A stretch of DNA of 64,000 nt from an uncultured Actinomycetota bacterium (GTDB taxonomy: Bacteria; Actinomycetota; Geothermincolia; Geothermincolales; RBG-13-55-18). Shown piece after piece: positions 36,214 through 46,219 of the stretch. The DNA lies in the NCBI GenBank assembly GCA_964529285.1, contig CAZGWK010000013.1, positions 4,468 to 68,467 of the forward strand, written 5' to 3'. Made by a program: the position numbers and the translations under genes. Every line of letters begins with the position of its first letter. Positions within the stretch are counted from its first letter, which is position 1. The notes below the pieces were generated by a model. The model was not told where the DNA came from and made no database searches. It worked only from the letters and a program-made list of their open reading frames with translations.

Positions 36214-38010
36214 ATGAGCTCTTTTCTCAAGAAACTGGCAAAAGGGATATTCATCTTCGTCCTGGTCTGCTTTGCATTGCTGGGAGGATTGCTGTCTTTT
36301 TTGCACTCGCCCTTTTTCAAGTACCCCGCCGACGGCGAATACCCCCCGCCGCGCATCAACGAGCTCATCTGGCCCACCATAGGGTATCCAGCCATGGTCG
36401 AGCCGGGAGGAATCATGGTGATAGAGGTGGACCTCTGGGCGGGAGAGGCGTCGAAGGCGGTCGAGGCCTCGGGATGGATAGCCAGTTTGACCCCGTCCCG
36501 GAAAGAGCTCGCGGGCTTGACCTACGAACTCGAAGCTGCGGGCGTGCGCACGGGCGCCTCGGAGAGGTGGCCTTACCGTAGCGCTCATGGGCGCAGCGAG
36601 GAGGTCTGGCACGTCACCTTCACCCTACCGGAAGATATAGCCCCCGAGCTATACGACCTCAGAGTGGAGGCCAGCGCCGGTGGCGCACTTATAGCGGACA
36701 GCCAGCCCCACGCCGTGGCGGTCGCGGGCGACGACGACGAATTCACCTTCGTCACCCTCTCGGATATTCACGTTCACGAACGGGATAATTCTACCTTCTT
36801 CTCAACCCAGACGGACAAGGGTATCTCGGAGGACGGCGACCCCGTTTTCTTCTCGGAGGCCATCCGCCAGGTCAACCTCATCCGGCCCGACTTCGTGCTC
36901 ATGCTGGGGGATTTCGTGCGCGGGCAGCGCCGCCCCGGAGAACTGCTGAGGGAGTACGGAAAGTTCTACGAGACTCTGCTGGAACTGGAGATACCCGCTT
37001 TCCTGCTGCCCGGGAACCACGACCAGTACGTAAACGAGATCGACGGAGCGAGGTGGTACGAGAACAATATAGGGCCCCTCTATTACTCGTTCGATATCGC
37101 AGGGAGCCATTTCTCGTGTCTCAATACCTACGAATGGCCCGAGGACGACCGCCTGGTGATGAACAAGCTCTTCTACATGGAGCCGCGCAAGTGGCAGGGA
37201 CAGGTCCTGGGCGCGGAGGACGAAAGTGACCCTTCCACCTACTCCAGCCAACTGGCGTGGCTGGATGAAGACCTCGCGGCCAGCCGTACTGCGCCCCTTA
37301 AGGTGGTGGCGCTGCACCACGATCCCTATACGCCGGACGGTAAAGGTTATTCCTACGCCAATATCATCTACGGACTCGTATACGTGTCCGCGGGAGGCGG
37401 GCAGGGGAAGCAGGCGTTGCTGCATACGGTATCGCGCCACGGCGTGCACGCCGTCTTCGGCGGTCACCGCCATAGCGACGAGATAGCGTGGGTGCCGTGT
37501 GCGGATGGTGGTGATACCATGTACTCCTGCCAGACCTGCGTCTATTTCGACGAAGGCGGGGACAGCGACCATTACCCCGGCTACCGCCTGGTCGAGGTGG
37601 AGGAGGGGGAGATAACCTCCTATGCCTACCTGGACGGCGTATCCTCCTACCCCTTCTACGACGGCTCGCTCCCCGGCGGCACTACCGATCTGGACGGGCT
37701 GGAGGTCCCTTCACTGGACGTGGAGGTAGTGCAGACCCGGACCGCGGGGGAGGAGGAACCGTATATCCGGCTCGTGGTGGAGAACTACCTGGCCGCCGCC
37801 ATGGAGCTGGAGGGCATCGTGGTGGAGGTGCCTGCACCGCCCGCCGAGGGCTATGCCGTCACGGGAGGAGAACTCTATCGCATGGTCGAGATGCCCGGAC
37901 GGCCGGACAGGGTCCTTCTCTACCTCAGGACGGATATCGACGCCGGATCGCCCGGCGAGGCGGCCGGATCGCCCGGCGACCCCGCCGTGAAGTACGTAAT
38001 CATAAGGTAA
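36214..38010 (+). CDS. Calcineurin-like metallophosphoesterase, secreted or membrane-anchored.
   Basis: An N-terminal TM/signal segment, TLSDIHVHE (the DxH motif) and GNHD. The start is set at the ATG at 36214, after AGGCGGGG. The ORF-track start at 36163 lies inside the inverted-repeat arm. Confidence 0.7.
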   Translation: MSSFLKKLAKGIFIFVLVCFALLGGLLSFLHSPFFKYPADGEYPPPRINELIWPTIGYPAMVEPGGIMVIEVDLWAGEASKAVEASGWIASLTPSRKELAGLTYELEAAGVRTGASERWPYRSAHGRSEEVWHVTFTLPEDIAPELYDLRVEASAGGALIADSQPHAVAVAGDDDEFTFVTLSDIHVHERDNSTFFSTQTDKGISEDGDPVFFSEAIRQVNLIRPDFVLMLGDFVRGQRRPGELLREYGKFYETLLELEIPAFLLPGNHDQYVNEIDGARWYENNIGPLYYSFDIAGSHFSCLNTYEWPEDDRLVMNKLFYMEPRKWQGQVLGAEDESDPSTYSSQLAWLDEDLAASRTAPLKVVALHHDPYTPDGKGYSYANIIYGLVYVSAGGGQGKQALLHTVSRHGVHAVFGGHRHSDEIAWVPCADGGDTMYSCQTCVYFDEGGDSDHYPGYRLVEVEEGEITSYAYLDGVSSYPFYDGSLPGGTTDLDGLEVPSLDVEVVQTRTAGEEEPYIRLVVENYLAAAMELEGIVVEVPAPPAEGYAVTGGELYRMVEMPGRPDRVLLYLRTDIDAGSPGEAAGSPGDPAVKYVIIR

Positions 38011-38119
38011 ACTGTTCACGCGGTGTCAGGGTGACCTATCCCGTACGATATGATTGAATGTATTCGAGTTCGCGGGAGTTTTTTGAAGTACGGGTTTTGC
38101 GCGGCTGCGAGAGGGGGAG

Positions 38120-39871
38120 ATGCGGTTGTTCGATATCATTATCGAGGATGCGCTGGTGATAGACGGCTCGGGCAGGGAGCCATACGAGGCGGACGTGGGT
38201 ATTATGGGCACCCATATAGAGAAGACAGGCGACCTGGGGGGAAGCGAGGCGGCGAAGCGGATCGACGCGGGAGGGCGCGTGGTCTGCCCGGGCATCATCG
38301 ACGTACATTCCCACGCCGACCTCACCATGTTCAAGGATGACGCCGCGGTACTTCTGCAGCCCCTGGTGAGGCAGGGCATCACCACCTTCGTGGGCGGAAA
38401 CTGCGGCATGTCGCTTGCGCCCATCACCGACGAGCACCGCGAGGGGCTCAAGACCTACCTGGAGGTCTTCACCCAGATGGACTTCGATACCGACATCCAG
38501 TGGAAGAGCATGGGCGAATTCATGGACCGCATGGACGAGAAAGGTCTTTTGCTCAACATGGCTCTCCTCGTCCCCCACGGCATGCTGCGCATCTCCGCCC
38601 TGGGAATGGAGGACAAGCCGGCGGACACGGGCGCCATAGAGATGATGAAGTGGCTGCTGGAGGAGTCCATGGAGGCGGGTGCCTTTGGGCTCTCCACCGG
38701 TCTGCAGTATTTCCCGGGGCTTTTCTCCGACACCGCCGAGCTCGTGAAACTGGCCGGGCCGCTGCAGGGATACGGCGGTATCTTCACTTCCCACTTGCGC
38801 TCCTATACCTCGTCGACCCTGGGCAAAGCCATCGACGAGATAGGGGAGGTTGCGCGGGCCAACGGCATCCGGGGCCAGGTCTCCCATATCTTCTCGGTAC
38901 CGTGGGCGGGACCGGTGCACCCCCTGGCCCTCAAGGGTCTGAAGTGGATGTGCAAGCACCCCGATTTCACCCTCAAGGTCGCCCCGGATTTTCTCCTGGA
39001 CATGTCCATGAACGTGGTGCTGAAGAGGCTGGAGAAGAACCGGAAGAACGGCGCGGACATGGCCATGGACATCATGCCCACCACCGCCGGCTTCACCCAT
39101 CTCCTCGCCTTCTTCCCGCCTTGGGTACTCGTCGGCGACCGGGAGAAGGTGCTGGCGCGCGCATACGATCCCGAGCAGCGCAAGGAGATGCTGCGCGACA
39201 TCGAGAAGGGCAAGCCCACCTGGCCCCATCGCGGGAAGAACGACTGGTCCCTGAACATCATGAGGCAGATGGGATGGGATGCCGTGACCATCATGGCCGT
39301 GCACAGCGAGAAGAACAAGCACCTGGAGGGCCGCCTTTTCACCGACATCGCCGAGGAGCAGGGCAAGCACCCCTTCGACGTCATGTGCGACCTGCTCATC
39401 GAGGAGGACGGGCAGGTGCTCGTCTTCGAGTCCATGTCCGAGCCAGACGACGCTTTCACGGAGCGCTACACCTTCCCGGCCCTGCAGGACCCCCGCACCA
39501 TGATCACCACCGACACCATCCTCATGGGGATGGGCAAGCCCTCCTACCTCTTCTACGGCTGCTATCCCAAGTTCATCGGCCGCTACGTCAACGAGAGGAA
39601 GCTGGTGGAGCTGCCCGAGGCTATCCGGCGCCTGACCTCCATGCCGGCGGAGTTCTTCGGCATCGAGAAACGCGGCCTGCTGGAGGAGGGATATTACGCC
39701 GACCTGCTGCTCATGGACGCGGACAACTTCAAGACGGAGGCGGTCTTCCGCGACCCCGAGCGCTATCCCACCGGCCTGGACACGGTGATCATCAACGGCG
39801 TCCCCGTGGTGGAGAAAGGGGAATCCGTCCCCGGCGCCCTGGCGGGAAAGATGCTGCGCAAGAATAAATAA
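38120..39871 (+). CDS. Amidohydrolase, N-acyl-D-amino-acid deacylase (D-aminoacylase)-like.
   Basis: GIIDVHSHAD (the HxH motif), GGNCGMS, ~580 aa, and a composite barrel with a C-terminal beta domain. Confidence 0.8.
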   Translation: MRLFDIIIEDALVIDGSGREPYEADVGIMGTHIEKTGDLGGSEAAKRIDAGGRVVCPGIIDVHSHADLTMFKDDAAVLLQPLVRQGITTFVGGNCGMSLAPITDEHREGLKTYLEVFTQMDFDTDIQWKSMGEFMDRMDEKGLLLNMALLVPHGMLRISALGMEDKPADTGAIEMMKWLLEESMEAGAFGLSTGLQYFPGLFSDTAELVKLAGPLQGYGGIFTSHLRSYTSSTLGKAIDEIGEVARANGIRGQVSHIFSVPWAGPVHPLALKGLKWMCKHPDFTLKVAPDFLLDMSMNVVLKRLEKNRKNGADMAMDIMPTTAGFTHLLAFFPPWVLVGDREKVLARAYDPEQRKEMLRDIEKGKPTWPHRGKNDWSLNIMRQMGWDAVTIMAVHSEKNKHLEGRLFTDIAEEQGKHPFDVMCDLLIEEDGQVLVFESMSEPDDAFTERYTFPALQDPRTMITTDTILMGMGKPSYLFYGCYPKFIGRYVNERKLVELPEAIRRLTSMPAEFFGIEKRGLLEEGYYADLLLMDADNFKTEAVFRDPERYPTGLDTVIINGVPVVEKGESVPGALAGKMLRKNK

Positions 39872-39957
39872 AGGCCCCAGTCACTGTGGGGTCACATCTT
39901 TATATTTGAAATCCCTACCATATTATGGGTGATAATTCAGAAATAAAGATCTGACCC

Positions 39958-41976
39958 TCAGCTTCCCCTCAATCTGAGATATACCTTCGGCAGTTCTACG
40001 GGAAGGTCCTCCACGCTCTTGAGCACCAGGTAGCCGTGGGGTGGGCACATGCGGCGCAGGTAGTCGTGACCGGCGGCGTCCACGGTGAGGTTGAAGGGGA
40101 TGATGTGGTCGGCCTCGGCCTCGCGCAAAGCCTGGGCGGTGTCGCGCAGGCCGTACTCGCGGTCGGTGCGGTCCTCGCCGTAGTCGAAGTCCTGGGGATA
40201 GCCGTCCGAGAGCAGCAGCATCATCTTCAGCGACGAAAGCTCGGTGTTGAGCAGGTGATGGGCGTGGCGCACCGCCGTCCCCATGCGCGTGCTCTTCAGG
40301 GGCTTCAAGGCGCCCAGGCGCTGCCAGACCGCGTCGCTCAACGGCTCGTCGAAGGACTTGATGCGCAGGAAATCCACCTTCTTGCGGCCGTAGCCGGAGA
40401 ATCCGTAGATGCCGTAGCGGTCTCCCAGCTGCTCCAGGGCCCGGGCCATGATGGCCACGCTGGCCACCAGCAGCTGCAGTACCGTCTCCCCCGCGTGGCT
40501 TCCCTCCGCGACCTCGGAAGAGGTCGAGGCGGAAAGGTCGAGCAGAAAAAGGGCGCTCACCTCGCGGGTGACGCGCCGTTTCTCCATGTATACCTTCTCG
40601 GTGGGGGGCAGCCCGCAGCGCAGCTCCACCTGGCGCTCCACCGCCGCGGCGATGTCGATCTCCTCGCCCCATTCCAGACGTTTCCTCCAGGTGCGTTCCT
40701 GCAGCCTCAACATGCGGAACTGCCTGGTCACCTCCCTTACCAGGTCGTCCCATTCATCCAGCAGGTGCTTGGCGGCTTGTGCGCTCCCTTCATCGGCCCT
40801 CAATGCATAGAGGGTCGCCCAGTCGCGGCGGTAGCCCGACGCGAGATAGTCCCACTCCGGGTAGAGTATGCGCTGCTCCTCGACTCCGGGCTCTTGCGCC
40901 TCGCCGTTATCCGCGCCATCCGCATTCGCGCTGCCGTCGGCGTCCGCAGGGGTCTCCTGCCCCAATCTCCTACCCAGGGCGTCCTCTATCAGGAACTCCC
41001 CGACTCCTGTGGGCAAGAGGTAGGAGTAGAAGTCCAGGCCCAATGCCTCGGCCAACTCCGGCGGCACCAGCGCCATACCCTCTTCCTCTTCCTCCTCCCT
41101 GCCGAAACGGGTGGCCCTGTTCCCGCGCAGGCCGGGCATGGTATCGGTGAAGAAATCGTCGAGTCCCTCCAGCATAATGCGCTCCCCGGGCATGAGGGAG
41201 GACTTCAGCATGGGCTCCAGGACGGCGTAGATAGCCAGGGTCGCGTTGAGGCTGTCCTTGAGGCCGGCGCCGGGAAGGACTGCCGCCTCGGCCGCGTCCA
41301 TTATCTCGCGCGGGTAACCGCCCTGCGCCGCGCTGCCGCTAAGCGTAGCGAGCAGGTCGAAGAAGAGGTTCCAGAGCATGGCGGAGTGGTCCACGGGCTC
41401 GATGTTCGGCCCCAGGCGGGCGAGGAACCACGCAAGGTCCGATGCCAGACCGCCGAAGAGCCTGGCCATGGCGGAGGATACGCGCGCCGTCTCCAGGGTG
41501 ATGAAGATATCCGCGGCCAGGAAAGGCATGGGAAACTTTCCCAGGAAATAACGCAGGAAGGCCATGGGTTCCTTCCTGTCCATCCAGGCCTGCCGCCCGT
41601 GACGGCCTGCCGCTTCGTCCGCGCGCGGGCGATCGAAGGTGCCCGCCTCCCATTGTCCCGCCTGCAGCGAGGTATAGAGGCGGAAGGCTCTCCAGTTATC
41701 CTCGCGGGAAGCGAAGACGTCGAGGTAAGGGGGGAGATATATCTCCCTGCCGTTACTGAAGGGGAAGGCACGGCGGGGGTTGGCGAGGATCGCGGGGGCA
41801 TCCCCCAGCGATTTCGCCTGCAGGTACTTCTCGCTCAAGCCCTTTCCGAAGAGAGAGAAAGACGCCCGGGCTTCCTCCAGGGTTACCACCATGCGGGACG
41901 CCTCGTCGCCTGAGTCCAACATGGCCTCGTCCAGGAGGGAACAGGTGTAGATGGATATGTTCAGCGAAGAGGTCAC
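39958..41976 (-). CDS. von Willebrand factor A domain protein, CbbO/NorD/CoxE-like partner of the upstream AAA ATPase.
   Basis: A C-terminal VWA with MIDAS-like residues (LLLSDGYPQDFDYGED...). It is large (672 aa) and lies directly downstream (31 nt) of a CbbQ/NorQ ATPase gene. It starts at a GTG. Confidence 0.7.
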   Translation of the reverse strand: MTSSLNISIYTCSLLDEAMLDSGDEASRMVVTLEEARASFSLFGKGLSEKYLQAKSLGDAPAILANPRRAFPFSNGREIYLPPYLDVFASREDNWRAFRLYTSLQAGQWEAGTFDRPRADEAAGRHGRQAWMDRKEPMAFLRYFLGKFPMPFLAADIFITLETARVSSAMARLFGGLASDLAWFLARLGPNIEPVDHSAMLWNLFFDLLATLSGSAAQGGYPREIMDAAEAAVLPGAGLKDSLNATLAIYAVLEPMLKSSLMPGERIMLEGLDDFFTDTMPGLRGNRATRFGREEEEEEGMALVPPELAEALGLDFYSYLLPTGVGEFLIEDALGRRLGQETPADADGSANADGADNGEAQEPGVEEQRILYPEWDYLASGYRRDWATLYALRADEGSAQAAKHLLDEWDDLVREVTRQFRMLRLQERTWRKRLEWGEEIDIAAAVERQVELRCGLPPTEKVYMEKRRVTREVSALFLLDLSASTSSEVAEGSHAGETVLQLLVASVAIMARALEQLGDRYGIYGFSGYGRKKVDFLRIKSFDEPLSDAVWQRLGALKPLKSTRMGTAVRHAHHLLNTELSSLKMMLLLSDGYPQDFDYGEDRTDREYGLRDTAQALREAEADHIIPFNLTVDAAGHDYLRRMCPPHGYLVLKSVEDLPVELPKVYLRLRGS

Positions 41977-42007
41977 CGTGAACCTGCCTTATGTCTCGCT
42001 CGCTCTC

Positions 42008-42856
42008 TCAGGGAAAGACCGCGGCCACCAGGTCGCGCATGGCCTGCTGCATGACCGGGTCGTCGGATACCGCCGAGACCACCGCCGTCTCGCAGGAGCG
42101 CCTTGCTCCGACCCCCTGCCCGATGAGCCTGGCGGCATAGATGAGCAGCCGCGTGGAAGGGCCTTCCTCGAGCTCCTTCTCTCCCAGGTTGCGTGCTTTC
42201 TCCCCCAGCAGTGCGAGCTGTTGCGCCACATTATCACTTACGCCGCCCTCTCCCGCGATGATGCGGGCCTCAACCGCGCGCGCGGGATAGGAGAAATCGA
42301 TGGCCGCGAAGCGCTGGCGGGTGCTTATCTTGAGGTCCTTGAGCATGCTCTGGTAACCGGGGTTGTAGGAGACCACCAGCAGGAAACGCGGGTGGGCGCG
42401 GATGAAGCCGCCTTTCTTCTCCAGCGGCAGGATGCGCCGGTGATCGGCCAGGGGATGGATGAGCACCATGGTGTCCTTGCGGGCTTCGACCACCTCGTCC
42501 AGGTAGCATATGGCTCCCGTCTTCACCGCCGCGGTGAGGGGGCCGTCCACCCATACCGTCTCGTCCCCACGCAACAGGTAGCGTCCGACCAGGTCCCCTG
42601 CGGTGAGATCCTCGTGACAGGCGACGGTGATGAGCGGCAGCTTGAATCCACCCTCGTCCCCCAGCAGCCAGGACATGTATTCGAGGAAGCGGGTCTTGCC
42701 GCAGCCGGTGGGGCCTTTGAGGTTCACGGGAAGGCAGGCGTGATAAGCTGCGCGGAAGGTCTCCACCTCGTCGCCGGTGGGGATGTAGAAGGGCTCCTCC
42801 TCGAAGACGTGTTCCTCGTAGGGTATCTCCCTGCTGACGCTGGTGACTTCTTTCAC
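42008..42856 (-). CDS. CbbQ/NirQ/NorQ/GvpN-family MoxR-type AAA+ ATPase.
   Basis: Walker A LKGPTGCGKTRFLEYM, Walker B CYLDEV, and a characteristic CbbQ C-terminal region (ARLIGQGV...). Confidence 0.8.
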   Translation of the reverse strand: MKEVTSVSREIPYEEHVFEEEPFYIPTGDEVETFRAAYHACLPVNLKGPTGCGKTRFLEYMSWLLGDEGGFKLPLITVACHEDLTAGDLVGRYLLRGDETVWVDGPLTAAVKTGAICYLDEVVEARKDTMVLIHPLADHRRILPLEKKGGFIRAHPRFLLVVSYNPGYQSMLKDLKISTRQRFAAIDFSYPARAVEARIIAGEGGVSDNVAQQLALLGEKARNLGEKELEEGPSTRLLIYAARLIGQGVGARRSCETAVVSAVSDDPVMQQAMRDLVAAVFP

Positions 42857-43015
42857 GTGATTAACTCCTTGACCGTCACGCCCGACCTCGCCGCCATCGC
42901 CGGCGGGTTCGCTGTCAAGGATTATTCTAGCAGAGTTTGTTTATTGACCCCGCAGCAGTGCAGAGGAAACCACGTCCGCGCAGGGTTTTCAGCGTAAAAG
43001 TCCGGGGACGGTGGA

Positions 43016-44050
43016 TCAGGGCACGGCACCGCCTACCTTGACCCTGATTATCCCCTCTGCGGGACTGTCCCAGCTCCAGACAGGATGGTTACCGCCGCAC
43101 ACGGCAGCGACTATGCCGGCCAGTATGGGCCCGTTGAAGCCGTTGCGGATCCTCACGCCTTCCTCGAGTTCCAGCGGCGTGGGAGCCTCGATCTCCGGGA
43201 TCCCTATTCCCCGCAGCTTCAGGAAAGCGAGGTCGCAGAAGACCCCGGGGTGCTCTTCTTTCATGCGGCGGAAGAACTTCCAGGTCAGATCCGCGACAAG
43301 TCCGGGTATCTCCTCGCCCAGCTCGAACTCCAGTTCTCTCAATACGGCGTCGAGAGCGCGGGTGCCCTGGATGAACATCCACTCTCCCGTCCTGCCGTCG
43401 AACATCCTGCCCGTCTCCGGCTCCCACCTGAAACTGGAGAGCTCCCCGGGCATGCCGCAGACCGGGCATCTTTCATAATGTGCATGGGCGTCAATGACCG
43501 GACTTTCCTGCAGCCGCAGCCTCTGTTCATCCTCTCTATCTTCAGAGGCCTTGACACTGACGAAGAACTCCTGCCCGAAAAACCCGCAATCCATACTGGC
43601 CCTCAGCCCCTCGAAGTTCTCGAAGGCGCCCCAGGCGTCGCCCGCGAAGAGGGCGTGATAATACACGGGGTCTATCCTGCCTATCAGCCTTTCACCCTTG
43701 CGGTGTTCCAGCAGTTTGACCTTTCCCAGCCCTATCAGGGCGGCCTGTGCGACCATGGCGTAGTATGCGAACCGCCTCAACGGGGGCAAACGCAGCAGTC
43801 TTCCCAGCAGCGGCGGCAGGACGTCCTGCACGTAGGCGAAGGCATCCCTACGTTTCGCCTCGGTGATGATCTTGTCGATGGGAAACCCGAGCTTCTCCTC
43901 GATGCCCAGGAAGATCTCCACCATGTGTTCGCGTTCCATCATGATCAGGCGGACCAGCTTCCGGGGCATGGAGAGCAGTATGCCGTCGTCCGTCCATTTG
44001 TTGCTGAAACTGAAAAGCCTCGGAACTCCGCAATCCCTGCACCTCAGCAT
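43016..44050 (-). CDS. Uncharacterized split-zinc-ribbon protein, paralog of CDS 13407-14507.
   Basis: MLRCRDCGVPRLF at the N-terminus and CPVCGMPGELSSFRWEPETG ~200 aa later. It is collinear with the 13407 protein (CKQCGLP / CPSCGLPAALTELEWRED). Confidence 0.6.
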   Translation of the reverse strand: MLRCRDCGVPRLFSFSNKWTDDGILLSMPRKLVRLIMMEREHMVEIFLGIEEKLGFPIDKIITEAKRRDAFAYVQDVLPPLLGRLLRLPPLRRFAYYAMVAQAALIGLGKVKLLEHRKGERLIGRIDPVYYHALFAGDAWGAFENFEGLRASMDCGFFGQEFFVSVKASEDREDEQRLRLQESPVIDAHAHYERCPVCGMPGELSSFRWEPETGRMFDGRTGEWMFIQGTRALDAVLRELEFELGEEIPGLVADLTWKFFRRMKEEHPGVFCDLAFLKLRGIGIPEIEAPTPLELEEGVRIRNGFNGPILAGIVAAVCGGNHPVWSWDSPAEGIIRVKVGGAVP

Positions 44051-44218
44051 AGTATTCCTCCAGCACGCCGGTTCTCGAGCACGCCCCTAACATTACCTTC
44101 GGTATTATTCGCGGGATGTATTAGAGCTCGACGCTCCGATCACGACGTCGTAACCGCCGTGGGCGTGGTCACGCAGGCGCGCGCCCGCCATAAATGTCGC
44201 CGCCGCCCGCGTGCCCTT

Positions 44219-45865
44219 CTAAACGGACGGAGGGGGATCCGACCATGTCCTGTCCTTGATCAGCTCCAGCAACCTCGAGAGTTTGCTTTCCTCCACGGCC
44301 GAGAGGTCGAAATCCGCCTCTCCCGTGTAGAACCCCGCATCGGCTGCTTCTCCCGGGTCCAGGGCATTCCGGATCTTGCGCTGCCAGTGGTTGTAGTTGC
44401 CCTGCATGGGGCCGAAGAGTTTGCGCATGCGCGGGTCGAAATTGAAACCCTGCTCCATGCACTGCTCGATGGCGGTTATGGCGAAATCGACGCTCAGCGG
44501 GTCTATGGCCTCGGTATGCGAGCGGTTGCGCGGGTCGTAGGCGAAGATCTCCTCGCAGTGCGCGTAGGCGCTGTTTTCGTAGAGGGTCATCCAGGCGCAG
44601 TCGCCCATGTCATCCAGTATGCCCCCCCTCTCTATCCATTCCTCCTTGGTCTTCTGGCTGAACTCCGCGTAGTCGACCAGCTCGTCCCAGGTCTCGTCCT
44701 TGGGCCATCCCGTGGAGAACTGCCCCCCGGGACGGTAGATGAGGGGTATTATGGTAACCCGCAGGAAATTCATCCAGAACATGGACCCCATGGCGGGGAT
44801 GCCATGAAAAAGCTCCAGGCCCATGCCGGCGTGCTCGGAGAGCACCCGCTTGAGCACCTTCTCCTGGTAGGCCATCTCGCTTTCGGAATCGCATGCCAGA
44901 ACCACCATGAGGAGGTACTTGAGGGAATCTCTTAAGACCGCCCTCAGGGCATGCTTACCGGGGAGCTTTTTCAGGAAGTGGGGCAGGATGTTAAGGAGAT
45001 AACCGGCAATCGAGGCCTTGGTGACCACGTATCCGATCTCGGCTTCGCCCAGTTTATACCCCGCGTCCGCGAACGTCTCCTTGGTGGGGAAAAAGCACAG
45101 GAAGAACTTGAGCTCGTCGGGCACCTCCGCGGCATAGTCCAGCAGCATCCCGCTGCCCTCGCTGGACGGTGGCCCCGGCCAGTGGAAGAGCTTCAGCGCG
45201 CAGCGCGTGAACACCCCGTTACCCCCCATGGCCCCCACGTACCCCCGCATTATCCCCCGCAGGGAGGGGCCCGGGCCGTCCCCGTTGAACCACCCCATAC
45301 CTGATCCCAGGCTACCCAGTTCGAGGATCTCTCCATCGGGCAGCACCCACTCGACTCCGAGGAGGTTGCGCGGGCTGTAGCTCATGTACTGGCCGTCCCA
45401 TCCCACTCCCCAGCACGACGTGGCGCTGGCCAGCGGCGAGCAGGCGGGACCGGCACCGATGATGTGGGTGTTGAGCCCGAGCTTCATGGCCTCGGCCTGG
45501 AGTTGCGCGCCGGATACGTAAGGCTCGACCACCGCGTACATGTTCCTCTCGTCTATCTCCAGGATGCGGTTCATCCGCCTCAAGTCGATCTGTACCACGC
45601 CGCCTTCCGTCGGGCCGCCGTGGGCCCCCCAGCCGGTGCTGAACGCCTTGAACTTCAGCCCGTGTTCGTTGCATATCCTCACCACGGCTTGCACTTCCGG
45701 GGTAGTGGAGGGCAGGGCCACGGCCGCGGGTCGCGGCACCCAGATGTCGGGATCGGTGTTGAATGAAGGCTGCCAGGCATAGCCGTCGAGCACCGCGGGT
45801 TCCCTGGAGACGTTTTCCTGCCCCAGGGCTTCTTCCAGTTCCCTGTACGCTTGCGCGGGGATCAC
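44219..45865 (-). CDS. FAD-linked oxidase (PCMH/VAO-type FAD_binding_4 family, glycolate oxidase/D-lactate dehydrogenase-like).
   Basis: The N-terminal FAD-binding domain ALPSTTPEVQAVVRICNEHGLKF...STGWGAHGG, ~550 aa, and a C-terminal substrate domain. Confidence 0.8.
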   Translation of the reverse strand: MIPAQAYRELEEALGQENVSREPAVLDGYAWQPSFNTDPDIWVPRPAAVALPSTTPEVQAVVRICNEHGLKFKAFSTGWGAHGGPTEGGVVQIDLRRMNRILEIDERNMYAVVEPYVSGAQLQAEAMKLGLNTHIIGAGPACSPLASATSCWGVGWDGQYMSYSPRNLLGVEWVLPDGEILELGSLGSGMGWFNGDGPGPSLRGIMRGYVGAMGGNGVFTRCALKLFHWPGPPSSEGSGMLLDYAAEVPDELKFFLCFFPTKETFADAGYKLGEAEIGYVVTKASIAGYLLNILPHFLKKLPGKHALRAVLRDSLKYLLMVVLACDSESEMAYQEKVLKRVLSEHAGMGLELFHGIPAMGSMFWMNFLRVTIIPLIYRPGGQFSTGWPKDETWDELVDYAEFSQKTKEEWIERGGILDDMGDCAWMTLYENSAYAHCEEIFAYDPRNRSHTEAIDPLSVDFAITAIEQCMEQGFNFDPRMRKLFGPMQGNYNHWQRKIRNALDPGEAADAGFYTGEADFDLSAVEESKLSRLLELIKDRTWSDPPPSV

Positions 45866-46219
45866 CGTGTATGCCCTCCCTGCACTATGCCGAAGCCTTC
45901 CCGTCGGGAAGCCTATTCTGCTGACAGCCTCACCATCATTGATATTCTACCATTTTCGGCGGCGCTTGCCTGACAACGTCGCGAGGCGTTCCGCCGGCCC
46001 TGTTCCGGTCTCGGGGCGTATGGGCGTATTGCTCCGGGCTCGGGCGCTTCCTTGCTCCCCGCTATATTGCAGTCTGCTCATCCCGTTTGTGGTCTCATAC
46101 CCCGGGGGCGGGATATAATCTTTGCAGGCAAGAAGGCTTTTACCAGCGAGCTCGCACGCAGCTGTGAGCATACCTACGCGGAGCGGGGCTTTCCCGCCCG
46201 CGAGTAGAGGAAGGAGTAC

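Noticed and set aside
39872-39957. AT-rich 86-nt gap between the convergent amidohydrolase and VWA genes as a possible small RNA or mobile-element scar.
   Set aside because: It contains only a weak 5-bp hairpin (CCCCA/TGGGG) followed by a T-rich run. That is most simply a shared, bidirectional terminator region, and I see no repeat or ORF support for anything more.
45866-46219. The 354-nt divergent intergenic region between the flavoprotein oxidase and nitrilase genes as a riboswitch.
   Set aside because: I could not match any known riboswitch consensus by eye (no conserved TPP, SAM, cobalamin, FMN or purine boxes). It is more likely two divergent promoters. It is left as unexplained rather than called.
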